DNA of 64,000 nt from Chitinophagaceae bacterium (GCA_036846185.1 DAIUCL010000001.1:2611-66610), one strand, 5' to 3'. Numbered from the stretch's first letter, positions 1 to 9,915 are shown. The notes: generated from the sequence alone by a model not told the origin. A program made the numbers and translations.

Positions 1-2675
1 CTATTGGCGATTTGCTGTGAGAGGAGGCCTTGCTGCTCGGAGCGTGCCATGTATAAATCTCTAAAGAGAAAGTCGTTGCCGGCCGTGTGTGTAGCGCTGA
101 AAAAGGCGCTGCGAAAAGGCATTGTGTTGGCGGGACTGATATCAATAAATTTGCCGGCGAATGCTCTTATAAAAACGCTTTTTCGTTTTTGTTTTAGCCA
201 GCTGGGGTAGTAATCGATTCGTAAATTGCCGGTGGTGCTTAGCTTGACGAAGTACTCTGTCATCTCAGCTCTGGCTTCGAGTGTATAGGGGTGAAAGGTA
301 CGTGTGTTTTTGTGTGTTAAATCGGCGCTTGCATAGAGTAAGGGACTACGATTAACTATGGCAGGATAAAATAGATTGTTGGTATCTCTGTTGTATATGA
401 ATGCTTGGTTTTGTACTCGTCGAACTTGTAGGAGAAGTCCGTTGGATGCGGTATGGCGTTCGTATTTTTTTTTGAAAAGAACATCGATGGCCGCATTACT
501 GGCATGGTATCTTAGGAAGAGTGGCTTGGAAATATTGAGACTACTTTCGTCGAAATGATGTGACTTATGACTGACGCTGAAGGTGATTCGTTGTAAAAAA
601 TGCTGCGGGTAAATGGTGTATGCCATACTACCGGATCCTACTAAGTGTCGGGTAGCAAAGCTGTATAATGGAGTAAGGGCGAACTGAAATTTTCGGTTCG
701 GAATTTGTATGGAATGAAATGCTGTACCTAGCATGAATCCGTCGTAATAATTGTACCCTAGTGCTGGAAGCAGATAGACATCTTGGTGTGAGGACAAGCC
801 CAGGGCGGAGCCTGGTCGAATACGGGGTTTGCTTCTATGCCAGAGTCCATTTCGACTCCAGTGGTTGTTGTTTATTTTCAGTTCGGGGAGCATGTTTTGT
901 CCATCGACTGTGATTTTATGAATACTATCTGCGTGGTTGAATATGGCTGGTGTGCTGTAGGGGTATTCTATCCATGCGGTATAAATGAGCGAGTCGTGCT
1001 GATAGGCTTGAATGGGTATGGGTCCTTTGAAATCTGTTTTGGAGTGGGCGTAGACTTGATAAGTTTGATTTTGTCGTATAATCTTGCCTAGTTTGAAATC
1101 GATTTTTGTAGCTGACTTTATGGCTTGGTCAAAAAACCAGTCAAGATTCTTTTGGGTGTGGGATGTAACTATTTTTTGAAAATCTTCGGGGTATGGATGT
1201 TTGAATTTCCATTGTGAGAAATAGGTTTGCATGATAGAGTCAAACAATGATTCTCCAAGGTATTGTTGTAGGTAAGCCATCATCATTGCTGCTTTGCTGT
1301 AGACCATACCACCATAGTTGATAGCGCTAAAGTCCGGGGCTTTGTTTTCTACTGCTTGATCTCGCCTGATGGCTGCGGTGAAGAGATAGGTTAGATTGCC
1401 CATCTTCTCGGAAGAGAAATTGATACCTATTTGTCGCGTACGATTGGGAGTAGTATCCTTATCGTCGGGTAGATTTATTTTTTTGTCGAGTATATTTTCG
1501 TAAAAAGAGTTGATTCCTTCGTCGAGCCAGGGGTGATTTCTTTCGTTGGAGCCTAGTATTCCATAAAACCAGTTGTGTCCGACTTCGTGAATGATGACGG
1601 TTTTTAACAAATTTTTTGAACTTACACTGCCTATCACGGTGACCATGGGATATTCCATGCCACCACCAGCAAGCAATTTTCCGTCCACGACGGAAGCATG
1701 AGCATAAGGGTATTCTCCTACCATTTGACTGAGTTGCTCAATTGTTTTTTTGGTGTAGGTGGTACTTGATTCATAGTATTTGTGATTGGTTGGTAGGTAG
1801 TAACTGTTGATTTCAACTTTGTGACCTGAGGCCAAGGTGGCGGTGTCTGTTTCTACCATAAAGTATTTGGAAGCAAACCAAGCGAAATCATGAATTTGAT
1901 CTTGAGTGTAGACAAGTGTTTTTTGGGAATCGCTGCTTGGTATTTCTTTTTGTAGGGTAACAAGGAGTGAGGAGTCATTAGCTAACATTCTGGTGTTTTT
2001 GAACAGTAGTTCTTTGGGATTTTGTAGTACACCGGTGGCGGCTACGACATAGTTGGCGGGAAGGGTAATACGTACATTGAAGCTACCGAATTCGCTATAG
2101 AACTCTCCTTGATCGAGGTAGGGTATGGGATGCCATCCTTTGTGATCGTATACAGCGGGCTTTGGATACCATTGTGATATTTGATAGTTTTGTTCGTTGT
2201 GCCCGAGTCTGGAGAATACTTCTGGGATGACCACACGAAAGGGGGTATTGATGGTGATTTGTTGTGCTGGTAATAGGGGTTTATTGAGCTCTATAACTAT
2301 CACATCTTGATGATTGTCGTATTCGCTGACTTGAACGTTTTCGTCATTGACTGTGAACTGAAGACTATCTATAAATCCTTTCTGGTCTATGGGGCTGAGA
2401 TAGAAATCTGTTTTTCCATTTTCCACTAGGTGTTCAGTGAAGGCTGTTTTATCGTTTTTGTAGGCATTGGGCCACAGATGAAAAAAGAGGTATCGGAGTG
2501 TGTCGGGCGAATTATTGGTATAGTTTATTTTTTCATAGCCTCTCAGGATATGATTTTTATCATCGAGTTTTACCTCTATATCGTAGGATACATGCTGTTG
2601 GAAGTAGTTTTTTTGGGCAAATAGTGATAAGGAACAGAAACTTATAATCAAGAAGATTGGTATTGACTTCGTCAT
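1..2675 (-). CDS. M1-family zinc metallopeptidase (aminopeptidase N-like), C-terminus cut by window edge
   Basis: Absent from the ORF track because it runs off the left edge. My reverse-complement translation from the ATG at 2675-2673 gives signal peptide MTKSIPIFLIISFCSLSLFAQ. It then gives HEVGHNWFYG (HExxH, His codon at 1587-1589) and WLDEGINSFYE, the gluzincin M1 signature. The checked codons stay in one frame down to base 3. Confidence 0.85.
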   Translation of the reverse strand, partial: MTKSIPIFLIISFCSLSLFAQKNYFQQHVSYDIEVKLDDKNHILRGYEKINYTNNSPDTLRYLFFHLWPNAYKNDKTAFTEHLVENGKTDFYLSPIDQKGFIDSLQFTVNDENVQVSEYDNHQDVIVIELNKPLLPAQQITINTPFRVVIPEVFSRLGHNEQNYQISQWYPKPAVYDHKGWHPIPYLDQGEFYSEFGSFNVRITLPANYVVAATGVLQNPKELLFKNTRMLANDSSLLVTLQKEIPSSDSQKTLVYTQDQIHDFAWFASKYFMVETDTATLASGHKVEINSYYLPTNHKYYESSTTYTKKTIEQLSQMVGEYPYAHASVVDGKLLAGGGMEYPMVTVIGSVSSKNLLKTVIIHEVGHNWFYGILGSNERNHPWLDEGINSFYENILDKKINLPDDKDTTPNRTRQIGINFSSEKMGNLTYLFTAAIRRDQAVENKAPDFSAINYGGMVYSKAAMMMAYLQQYLGESLFDSIMQTYFSQWKFKHPYPEDFQKIVTSHTQKNLDWFFDQAIKSATKIDFKLGKIIRQNQTYQVYAHSKTDFKGPIPIQAYQHDSLIYTAWIEYPYSTPAIFNHADSIHKITVDGQNMLPELKINNNHWSRNGLWHRSKPRIRPGSALGLSSHQDVYLLPALGYNYYDGFMLGTAFHSIQIPNRKFQFALTPLYSFATRHLVGSGSMAYTIYPQHFLQRITFSVSHKSHHFDESSLNISKPLFLRYHASNAAIDVLFKKKYERHTASNGLLLQVRRVQNQAFIYNRDTNNLFYPAIVNRSPLLYASADLTHKNTRTFHPYTLEARAEMTEYFVKLSTTGNLRIDYYPSWLKQKRKSVFIRAFAGKFIDISPANTMPFRSAFFSATHTAGNDFLFRDLYMARSEQQGLLSQQIAN

Positions 2676-2874
2676 GGAATCAAAAGTATAGAAAAATGAT
2701 AATATTGTATGAGAATTGATGAAGGCAGAGTGATTTTGAGAAGCTGTATGATATAAAATCGATGATGATGGTTTCTGAATGGATGTATGGTATCTTTTGA
2801 TTCAAGAGTGTGTAATGTAGAAGTGAGTTGAGATGTAGTATGAATCCGGAAGGGTATTATGTGCTGATGGATAT

Positions 2875-3021
2875 GAGGCAACGATTGTAGTGAAAATCAA
2901 GGGGTGCGGCATACCCTGCTGCAAGGAGTGGAGGGGGTGGAGGGACGGAACCACCGCCACGACTATGCAGCAGGCGTATGACGTGCGCCTTGATTGCAGC
3001 GGAAAGCGTGTCTGCCGCCCA
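2875..3021 (+). repeat. Family B GC-rich long-hairpin repeat, copy B1
   Basis: Reads GAGGCAACGATTGTAGTGAAAATCAAGG...GGTGG-AGGGACGGAA-CCACC...CCTTGATTGCAGCGGAAAGCGTGTCTGCCGCCCA. The arms AATCAAGG/CCTTGATT and CATAC.CCTGCTGCA/TGCAGCAGG.GTATG pair. A T10 run follows. Confidence 0.88.
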
Positions 3022-3055
3022 ATTTTTTTTTTGATAATTTAAATATAAACTTTGG

Positions 3056-4477
3056 TTATTTGCCTCTACCTTGTAGTATCACTAGGAGGGTGTATATCAT
3101 GATTTTGAAGTCGAGTACGAGGGAGCAGTTTTTGATATATAATAGGTCATATTTCATTCGTTCTATCATTTCTTCGGTATTTTCGGCATAGCCAAATTTG
3201 ACCATTCCCCAGGAGGAGAGACCGGGTTTTACCTTGTGCAGGTATTTGTAATGGGGATTGGTTTGTGATATGATATCAATATAATATTTTCGTTCTGGAC
3301 GAGGGCCTACAAGGGACATATCTCCTTTGAGTATATTGTAGAGTTGTGGCAATTCGTCGATACGCCATTTTCGCATAATTCGACCCCAGGGGGTGATGCG
3401 GGGGTCATTTTCGCTGGAGAGTGCGGGTCCACTTTTTTCGGCATCGGTGTACATAGATCTGAACTTGTATATCCAAAAGGGGTTGCCGTAGAGCCCTATA
3501 CGCTCTTGTCGGTAAAAGATGGGGCCGGTAGAGGAGAGTTTCACTTTGATAGCTGCAAATAGGTACAGGGGACTAAGCAGTATGAGTGCGAATAGTGAGG
3601 CAAAAATATCAATGGCGCGCTTAAATACTCGCTGCCAATCGGGCATTAATTCCGGATAAATTTCAATGAGCACAGCTGCAAACACATTGCTCGTACGGAC
3701 GGAGCCTGAGATGATATCATATAGATCTGGAGTAATTTTAATAATAACTTGCCTGTGTGATAGTTGTGATAGGATGTATTGAAGTCTGTTGTGTTCGGAG
3801 GTATCTATGGCTATGATGACTTCTTCGATTAGGTAGTTGTCTATGATGTGTTCGAGCTCGTGTATACTGCCTAGTTTGGGAAGATAGTTCGACATACCAT
3901 TGAGTCCGCTGTCGTCGGCATAAACAAATCCTTTGAAAATATATCCTAGTTTCACTTCATTGTGTATGATATCCTTGTACAAGGAGATGGCGTGTTGATT
4001 TCCACCGATGATCAAGGTGTTGTATCCAAAATGCCCGCTGTTGATTTGGCGTTTGATACGATTCATGACAAGGGTGCGTGCGACGGAGGTCGTAAAAAAC
4101 TGTAATAGTAAGTAGAGTAAAAATGTTTTGTAGTAATAACCGCTATCAAAATAGGTATCATTCTGAATGAAGGTAAAATAGATGATGACCGAACCTAGTA
4201 AGGTAGCTATGAGGGTTCGATATACTTCTACAAGTCTGGACTTTCGATAGGGGTTGAAATATGCCCCCGAAAAGAGATGAAAAACAGACCAAAGCAAGGG
4301 TATCAATAGAAAGGTAAGTACAAAATCTTTTGATGAGAAATCTTGTAAAAAGGAATTAATATCCGGAATACCTAATTTTGACTTTCGGTAAAATAGCAAT
4401 TGTATCCATGCAGCAGCAGCGGCGAAGTAATCCGCCAACACGTACCATAATATGCCATTTCGGACTTGTGTATTCAC
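3056..4477 (-). CDS. Polyprenyl-phosphate sugar-phosphate transferase (bacterial sugar transferase family, WbaP/EpsB-like)
   Basis: 473-aa ORF with N-terminal multi-pass hydrophobic segments. The C-terminal block FKRAIDI..LLSPL..GPIFYRQERIG..IYKFRSM..DPRITPWGR..IDELPQL.N.LKGDMSLVGPRPE is typical of the family. GTG start overlaps the upstream stop (TAGTG). Confidence 0.88.
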   Translation of the reverse strand: MNTQVRNGILWYVLADYFAAAAAWIQLLFYRKSKLGIPDINSFLQDFSSKDFVLTFLLIPLLWSVFHLFSGAYFNPYRKSRLVEVYRTLIATLLGSVIIYFTFIQNDTYFDSGYYYKTFLLYLLLQFFTTSVARTLVMNRIKRQINSGHFGYNTLIIGGNQHAISLYKDIIHNEVKLGYIFKGFVYADDSGLNGMSNYLPKLGSIHELEHIIDNYLIEEVIIAIDTSEHNRLQYILSQLSHRQVIIKITPDLYDIISGSVRTSNVFAAVLIEIYPELMPDWQRVFKRAIDIFASLFALILLSPLYLFAAIKVKLSSTGPIFYRQERIGLYGNPFWIYKFRSMYTDAEKSGPALSSENDPRITPWGRIMRKWRIDELPQLYNILKGDMSLVGPRPERKYYIDIISQTNPHYKYLHKVKPGLSSWGMVKFGYAENTEEMIERMKYDLLYIKNCSLVLDFKIMIYTLLVILQGRGK

Positions 4478-5343
4478 TATTCGAAATAAATAATTTTGAA
4501 GTTATCCATCAACAATTTGGCATTGGTCATACCATCACCTAATTTGGTTTTGATAAAGAATTTGAACTTGCCATTTTGATAGGTAGAGGAGAAACCTCCG
4601 AGACGTACGTATACTTTAGTCCATTGTGTGCGATCTCTAAAGCTCATCACATCCGATTTGATATTGCCTCCATTGTATTCGATATCAGTCCTTATATCGA
4701 AGGGCACATCGGATTTATAATTCATTTCAAGATAGGCATCTCTGTTGGGAGGCAGTGAGAATGCTTGTGAGGTGATACATTCGCCTGTGGGGTGGCTGGT
4801 GCTAAGCTCTATCTTTCCCGACCAGTTGCCTTCAAATACGTCAGCAGGATTATCGGTACGTACAATTGTTGTATCCCCGAATAGTCGCAAAAAGCTATTC
4901 CCTTGCTCAAAGTTTTCGACAAAATACCGAATTACGGGCTGATCGGCCGTTCTATAATAAAATGTAGGGATATGATAAATATTTTGAGTAGGGGATGCAT
5001 CAAATGAGAAGGTATCGATGGTATAAAATGGATATCGGGCTCTGGTGCCACTCAATCCATTGTCCCATATACCGGCTACGACTTGAATTTGTCCTCTGCC
5101 ATTTGCATAGATAGGCACTTTGGCAGGTAATTCAAAAGCACCAAGTAGCTGTAAATTATAGTAAACCCATACATCGGTTATTTTGTGAGATACACTTCCA
5201 TGCTTTTCGGGCAAGGTAGGTGGGAGCGACACACTATCTATAATTATGTATGTGGGAATCTGCTCTGATGGATTCACGATATTGCATGCACCAAAACCTA
5301 ATATACTAAGTATAAATGATGAGTATAATAGAACTATTTTCAT
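4477..5343 (-). CDS. Hypothetical lipoprotein
   Basis: ORF 4477-5394. The internal Met at 5343 gives MKIVLLYSSFILSILGFGAC, a lipoprotein signal with lipobox Cys. No nameable catalytic motif. Confidence 0.6.
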   Translation of the reverse strand: MKIVLLYSSFILSILGFGACNIVNPSEQIPTYIIIDSVSLPPTLPEKHGSVSHKITDVWVYYNLQLLGAFELPAKVPIYANGRGQIQVVAGIWDNGLSGTRARYPFYTIDTFSFDASPTQNIYHIPTFYYRTADQPVIRYFVENFEQGNSFLRLFGDTTIVRTDNPADVFEGNWSGKIELSTSHPTGECITSQAFSLPPNRDAYLEMNYKSDVPFDIRTDIEYNGGNIKSDVMSFRDRTQWTKVYVRLGGFSSTYQNGKFKFFIKTKLGDGMTNAKLLMDNFKIIYFE

Positions 5344-5383
5344 GGTTTGCTCTTTACAAAACGTATAAATATTCAATTTTATT

Positions 5384-6358
5384 TTATTCATCACCCAAGG
5401 AATTTATTAATTTAAGAATTCGCTCACATAACTCCATTGAGCTGTATACTTCGGACAAACTCACTGCAGGCGATCGATCGGTGTGTATAGCCTCGGCAAA
5501 ATCGTTTAGTACAGAATCGAGTGTGTCTATAGGTTGTATTGCCAGATGCGCTACATCGAGTTGTTTATCTTCATTTAAGTATAGTTTTCGCGTTGCAAGT
5601 GAGACAGAACTGTCTTTTCTGGACGACAGACTGACTACATCTGCTTTCTGTGAGTTCAAATCAAGATAATAATACAGTTCACGTTGGAATATTCGCATTT
5701 TATGAACTTGCTTGAGTGAAATTCGACTGGAAGTAATATTGGCTACCGCCCCATTGGTAAACTCAATTCGAGCATTGGCGATATCGGGGCTATCATTGAT
5801 TACTTTCACACCGGTAGCTGATATTCGCTTTATTTCACTTTTAATAAGGCTGAGAATGATATCTATATCGTTTATCATCAAGTCGTTCACCACACTAGAC
5901 TCTACATCCTGCTCCGTATATGACTGAAGGCGATGCGCTTCTATAAATAATGGCGAATCTACCATTTGTCTTATGTTGAGATAAGCTGGATTAAAACGTT
6001 CGGGTTGCACTACGGTGCTTTTACTATTCGCTTCATTGGCCATATAAACTAAAGTGCGTGCTTGAAGCGAATTGGTACAAAGAGGCTTCTCGACAATTAA
6101 ATGCTTACCTGCCCTTATCGAATCTAATGCATGCTGATAATGACTTTCCGAACTACTTGCAATATAAACAGCCTCACAGCATTCCATTGCCTCTGCTATG
6201 CTCGATGCTAGCGCTGTATTGAATCGTGATGCAAATTGTTGAGCTTTTTCCTCTTCCACATCACACACTACACTCATCGTGTAGTGTTGATTCTGTTTGA
6301 TTCGTTCTGCCAACTTATGTGCCCTATTGCCTGCACCAATTATTCCAAGCTTTATCAT
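5384..6358 (-). CDS. Gfo/Idh/MocA family oxidoreductase
   Basis: N-terminal Rossmann motif MIKLGIIGAGNRA and the LIVEKPL motif characteristic of this family; 324 aa. Confidence 0.8.
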   Translation of the reverse strand: MIKLGIIGAGNRAHKLAERIKQNQHYTMSVVCDVEEEKAQQFASRFNTALASSIAEAMECCEAVYIASSSESHYQHALDSIRAGKHLIVEKPLCTNSLQARTLVYMANEANSKSTVVQPERFNPAYLNIRQMVDSPLFIEAHRLQSYTEQDVESSVVNDLMINDIDIILSLIKSEIKRISATGVKVINDSPDIANARIEFTNGAVANITSSRISLKQVHKMRIFQRELYYYLDLNSQKADVVSLSSRKDSSVSLATRKLYLNEDKQLDVAHLAIQPIDTLDSVLNDFAEAIHTDRSPAVSLSEVYSSMELCERILKLINSLGDE

Positions 6359-6414
6359 CCTACTAGGTTCGACAGGTATTTTTTTATGGTCTGAAGGTTT
6401 AAATATACATTGTA

Positions 6415-7470
6415 CTAGCAGACTTTAAACATCCACTGATGCGTATCGATCGCTCGACCATAACGGATATCTGCCAAGTCGCTCTTCAATTTGTTAGAAA
6501 CATCCCAATGCTCAATAGATGGCAGATCGATATCTTCGCCCTGATAATTGAGCGTTGCAATGGGTGCAATCACCGCTGCGGTACCTGCTCCAAAGGCTTC
6601 TTTAAGCAAGCCGCTTCGATGTGCATCTACGATTTCATCTATACTTATCTTGCGTTCTTCTACCGTCACACCTTGCTCTCTTAGTAGAGTGATGATGCTG
6701 TCGCGGGTGATACCAGCTAATATCGTGTCACTCAACTCAGGAGTAACTACTTTGTCGCCAATCACAAAAAACACATTCATAGTGCCGATTTCTTGAACAT
6801 ATTTGTGCTCTATGCCATCAGTCCAGAGTATTTGATCATATCCCAGTTTTCGTACTTCAGCCATTGGCTTCATGCTGGCAGCATAGTTGCCGGCAGCTTT
6901 TGCAAATCCAACACCTCCTTTGAATGCTCTCACGTATTTATTTTGCAAATATATTCGTGTGGGTTTATTGTAGTAGGCACCGGCAGGAGAGCTAATAATC
7001 ATAAATCTAAATTGCTCCGCTGGTTTTACGCCAATAAAAGCATCTGTAGCAAATAGAAAAGGTCGTATGTACAATGAGCTACCTTCTGAGTCGGGCACCC
7101 AAGCAGCATCCAAGGCTACTAACTCTTTCATACCCTGCATAAACAATTCTTCAGGCACCGCTGGCATACCCATTCTATCCGCAGAGATATTAAATCGGCG
7201 CCAATTTGCTTCGGGCCGGAATATATGCACTTCTCCCTTTTTATTTTTATACGCTTTGATGCCTTCAAATATCGACTGCCCATAATGGATAAAAGTCGTC
7301 GCCGGACTCATAGATATATTATCGTAGGGTACTATATCCGCATCTTTCCACACTCCATTTTCATAATCAGCAACTAGCATGTGATCTGAATACAGTTTTC
7401 CAAATTGAATATTATCAGAATCCATTTGATCGATTCGGCTAGTTACTACTTTTGATGTTTTTATACCCAT
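6415..7470 (-). CDS. ilvE: Branched-chain amino acid aminotransferase (fold-type IV PLP enzyme)
   Basis: 351 aa. Blocks FEGIKAY, LYIRPF, GGVGFAKAAGNYA, EIGTMNVFFV and GITRDS match class IV BCAT. Confidence 0.9.
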   Translation of the reverse strand: MGIKTSKVVTSRIDQMDSDNIQFGKLYSDHMLVADYENGVWKDADIVPYDNISMSPATTFIHYGQSIFEGIKAYKNKKGEVHIFRPEANWRRFNISADRMGMPAVPEELFMQGMKELVALDAAWVPDSEGSSLYIRPFLFATDAFIGVKPAEQFRFMIISSPAGAYYNKPTRIYLQNKYVRAFKGGVGFAKAAGNYAASMKPMAEVRKLGYDQILWTDGIEHKYVQEIGTMNVFFVIGDKVVTPELSDTILAGITRDSIITLLREQGVTVEERKISIDEIVDAHRSGLLKEAFGAGTAAVIAPIATLNYQGEDIDLPSIEHWDVSNKLKSDLADIRYGRAIDTHQWMFKVC

Positions 7471-7476
7471 GGCTTA

Positions 7477-7484
7477 TAATTTTG
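7477..7484 (+). promoter_or_regulatory. Bacteroidota sigma-A -7 box (TAnnTTTG)
   Basis: TAATTTTG lies upstream of the ATG at 7535. Confidence 0.4.
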
Positions 7485-7534
7485 TTACAAGTTCGTTACT
7501 TTGCAAAAGAACGAAAAAAAAACCATATTTCAAT

Positions 7535-7990
7535 ATGAACAACCAGAATGACACAAGCCTTCTATACACATTTCATGAAACACTCTATGTCGATTTCGAT
7601 ACACCTTCTTCACTTACCTTCCTCAAAGGTAACCAGTCAGCAGAGGTTTATGTGGTTTTCTCCCAGTCAGACATCAATGCAAACTCACAAGAAATGCTGG
7701 AAAAAATGATGACGGCTTGCAAATTGTCTGATTCCCAATATGCATTCATAGCTCTCGACCAAGGGCAAACCCCACAGCACGTATACAAAGCTTACCAACC
7801 CCATATCATGCTACTTTTCAATTTCAAACTAAGCAATGACCATTATTACATAGATCGACCTTTACATCGCCCATTTAACATAGCTGATATGAAAGTGCTG
7901 TACTCCCACCGCCTAGCCGACATTATAGCTAATACTCAGCTCAAGCTTGACCTGTGGAACAATGGTCTCAAACCGCTATTTTCAATCTAA
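7535..7990 (+). CDS. Hypothetical protein
   Basis: ORF 7469-7990. I prefer the ATG at 7535 (MNNQNDTS...) because a TAATTTTG -7 box lies at 7477-7484, and the 7469 start would overlap the ilvE start. No recognisable motif. Confidence 0.55.
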   Translation: MNNQNDTSLLYTFHETLYVDFDTPSSLTFLKGNQSAEVYVVFSQSDINANSQEMLEKMMTACKLSDSQYAFIALDQGQTPQHVYKAYQPHIMLLFNFKLSNDHYYIDRPLHRPFNIADMKVLYSHRLADIIANTQLKLDLWNNGLKPLFSI

Positions 7991-7999
7991 TTTTTACCT

Positions 8000-8581
8000 A
8001 TGCAACTCGTATTCTGCACGAATAATCAACATAAAATCGATGAAGTTCAACAGATTTTCAACCAAAAAATCCACTTTCTTACCCTTCATGAGGTAGGTTT
8101 TGCACAAGATATCCCCGAGCCCTTTCTCACTTTAGAGGAAAACTCCCTCATAAAATCGCAAACAGTTTATGACTTTTGTGGCAAAAACTGCTTCTCCGAA
8201 GATACCGGCCTCTTTGTCAATGCCCTACAAGGCCAGCCCGGCGTGCTCTCTGCCCGATATGCAGGACCACAAGCCTCCAGCACCGACAATATCCAAAAAC
8301 TCCTCCATGAACTCCAAACCCACAAAGATCGTAGCGCCTACTTCAAAACCGTGGTCACCCTAATCATCAAAAATACAATCCACCAGTTTAGCGGCACCTG
8401 CCAAGGTATCATCACTACTGATATTCAAGGCACACAAGGCTTTGGATACGACCCCATTTTCGTACCCGATGGCTCTACCCTCTCCTTTGCCCAAATGAAC
8501 CTTACCGAAAAAAATATGTTCAGCCACCGTCGCAAAGCTTTTGACTCCTTTACTCAATTTCTTCTCCACTACACCCCTTAG
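8000..8581 (+). CDS. rdgB: Non-canonical purine NTP pyrophosphatase (RdgB/HAM1 family)
   Basis: 193 aa. FCTNNQHK, EDTGLFVNAL.G.PGV.SARYAG, FGYDPIF and FSHRRKAF are classic Ham1/RdgB blocks. Confidence 0.9.
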   Translation: MQLVFCTNNQHKIDEVQQIFNQKIHFLTLHEVGFAQDIPEPFLTLEENSLIKSQTVYDFCGKNCFSEDTGLFVNALQGQPGVLSARYAGPQASSTDNIQKLLHELQTHKDRSAYFKTVVTLIIKNTIHQFSGTCQGIITTDIQGTQGFGYDPIFVPDGSTLSFAQMNLTEKNMFSHRRKAFDSFTQFLLHYTP

Positions 8582-8583
8582 CC

Positions 8584-9015
8584 ATGCGCATCAATCTCCA
8601 ATTTCCCACTGGCAATACCTTTAGTTGCCAAATCCCCATCCGCATCACCGATATCAACTATGGTGGCCACCTCGCCAACGATCGATATCTCGCCCTAGCC
8701 CACGAAGCACGTATAGCCTGGCTTGCCCATCACCATTACACCGAGATGAATATTGAAGGCCTTGGCCTCATCATGGCCGACTCCGCTATACAATATCTTG
8801 CCGAAGCCTTCTACGGCGACACCCTTACGATACAAATATCCGCCTCCGATCCCTCCCGCTCTTCTTTTCAGCTCTACTATAAACTCTCCACTATCCGACA
8901 CCAACAACCTATCGATATCGCCATTATCAAAACCGGCATGGTATTTTTCAATTACCAAACCCGCAAAACCTCTTCCATACCCCCACCTTTCTTACAACGC
9001 ATCTTCACTGACTAA
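8584..9015 (+). CDS. Acyl-CoA thioesterase, hotdog fold (4HBT/YbgC-like)
   Basis: 143 aa. The pattern RI.DINYGGH..N..YL....EAR..WL is typical of 4HBT-type thioesterases. It follows rdgB by 2 nt. Confidence 0.7.
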   Translation: MRINLQFPTGNTFSCQIPIRITDINYGGHLANDRYLALAHEARIAWLAHHHYTEMNIEGLGLIMADSAIQYLAEAFYGDTLTIQISASDPSRSSFQLYYKLSTIRHQQPIDIAIIKTGMVFFNYQTRKTSSIPPPFLQRIFTD

Positions 9016-9070
9016 GGATTCACACCAGCCCCACAAGTACTCATAACACCTGGTTCCGATTTTTTAGATA

Positions 9071-9194
9071 GAGCTCATCTGTGCCACATTCCTCCACCAC
9101 CTCGGGCTCTTCGCTATATCTCTTGTGCCCTGCTGGCACAAGAGGATGCCGCTGCGATCCCGGCTAGCTCTCATCGTCTTCATCTATTTTCATC
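9071..9194 (+). repeat. Family A interspersed hairpin repeat, copy A1
   Basis: Reads GAGCTCATC...GGGCTCTTCGCTATATCTCTTGTGCC-CTGCT-GGCACAAGAGGATGCCGCTGCGATCCCGGCTAG...TCATCGTCTTCATC. Lies between the thioesterase gene and grpE. Confidence 0.85.
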
Positions 9195-9293
9195 AGTCCC
9201 AGCGAGAATACTTATTGCCATTTTGTCGCAAATCAGTACTTGGCAAACAGTTTGCAATGCATTCAGTAATTCATTCACCAAATAGTATATAAT

Positions 9294-9863
9294 ATGGAGG
9301 AAACTAAGAAAAATAACACCGAAGACACCCATACAGAGGCCAACAGCGATCAAACGCTCCATGAAACTATGGCAGAAAACTCCCAAGCTAATGACGAAAT
9401 GTCAACTGCTGATGAAAAAAATAGCCTGCAAAATGAACTCGATGAATGGCGCGATAAATACACCCGACTGGTAGCCGAATTTGATAACTTCAAAAAAAGA
9501 ACCTACAAAGAGAAATCAGAACTGATACTGACCGGTGGCAAAGAGGTCATACTCGCTATGCTCGAAGTGCTCGACGATAGCGAACGTGCCGAAAAACAAA
9601 TGGAATCCGCTACCGATCTGCAAGCAGTCAAAGAAGGAAGCCTGTTGGTATTCAACAAACTCCGTCATAATCTTACCCAAAAAGGTGTAAAAGCTATCGA
9701 ATGTAAAGGCATGGACTTTGATGTAGAAAAACACGAAGCAGTCACCGAAATCAGTATGCCGGGTATGGAAGGCAAAGTGGTTGACGAACTCGAAAAAGGC
9801 TACCTCCTCAATGATAAACTTATCCGTCATGCCAAAGTAGTCGTAGGCAAACTAGCAGAATAA
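9294..9863 (+). CDS. grpE: Nucleotide exchange factor GrpE
   Basis: 189 aa with an acidic N-terminus. RL.AEFDNFKKR and the C-terminal VVDELEKGY.LNDKLIRHAKVVV are present; sits immediately upstream of dnaJ. Confidence 0.93.
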   Translation: MEETKKNNTEDTHTEANSDQTLHETMAENSQANDEMSTADEKNSLQNELDEWRDKYTRLVAEFDNFKKRTYKEKSELILTGGKEVILAMLEVLDDSERAEKQMESATDLQAVKEGSLLVFNKLRHNLTQKGVKAIECKGMDFDVEKHEAVTEISMPGMEGKVVDELEKGYLLNDKLIRHAKVVVGKLAE

Positions 9864-9915
9864 AGACGATACTCAAAACACAGGGCACAATCGCCCACAC
9901 AAATAACAGCAAGGT

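Noticed and set aside
2875-3021. Family B copies acting simply as intrinsic terminators for the upstream genes.
   Set aside because: Only B1 has an adjacent T-run, and it is on the strand opposite the flanking genes. The orientation of B relative to the upstream gene is inconsistent among the four copies.
4475-4479. Identical TAGTG stop/start overlaps at 4477 and 49110 as a special recoding or coupling signal.
   Set aside because: One-nucleotide stop/start overlaps with GTG starts are ordinary translational coupling. Two occurrences in 64 kb are not remarkable.
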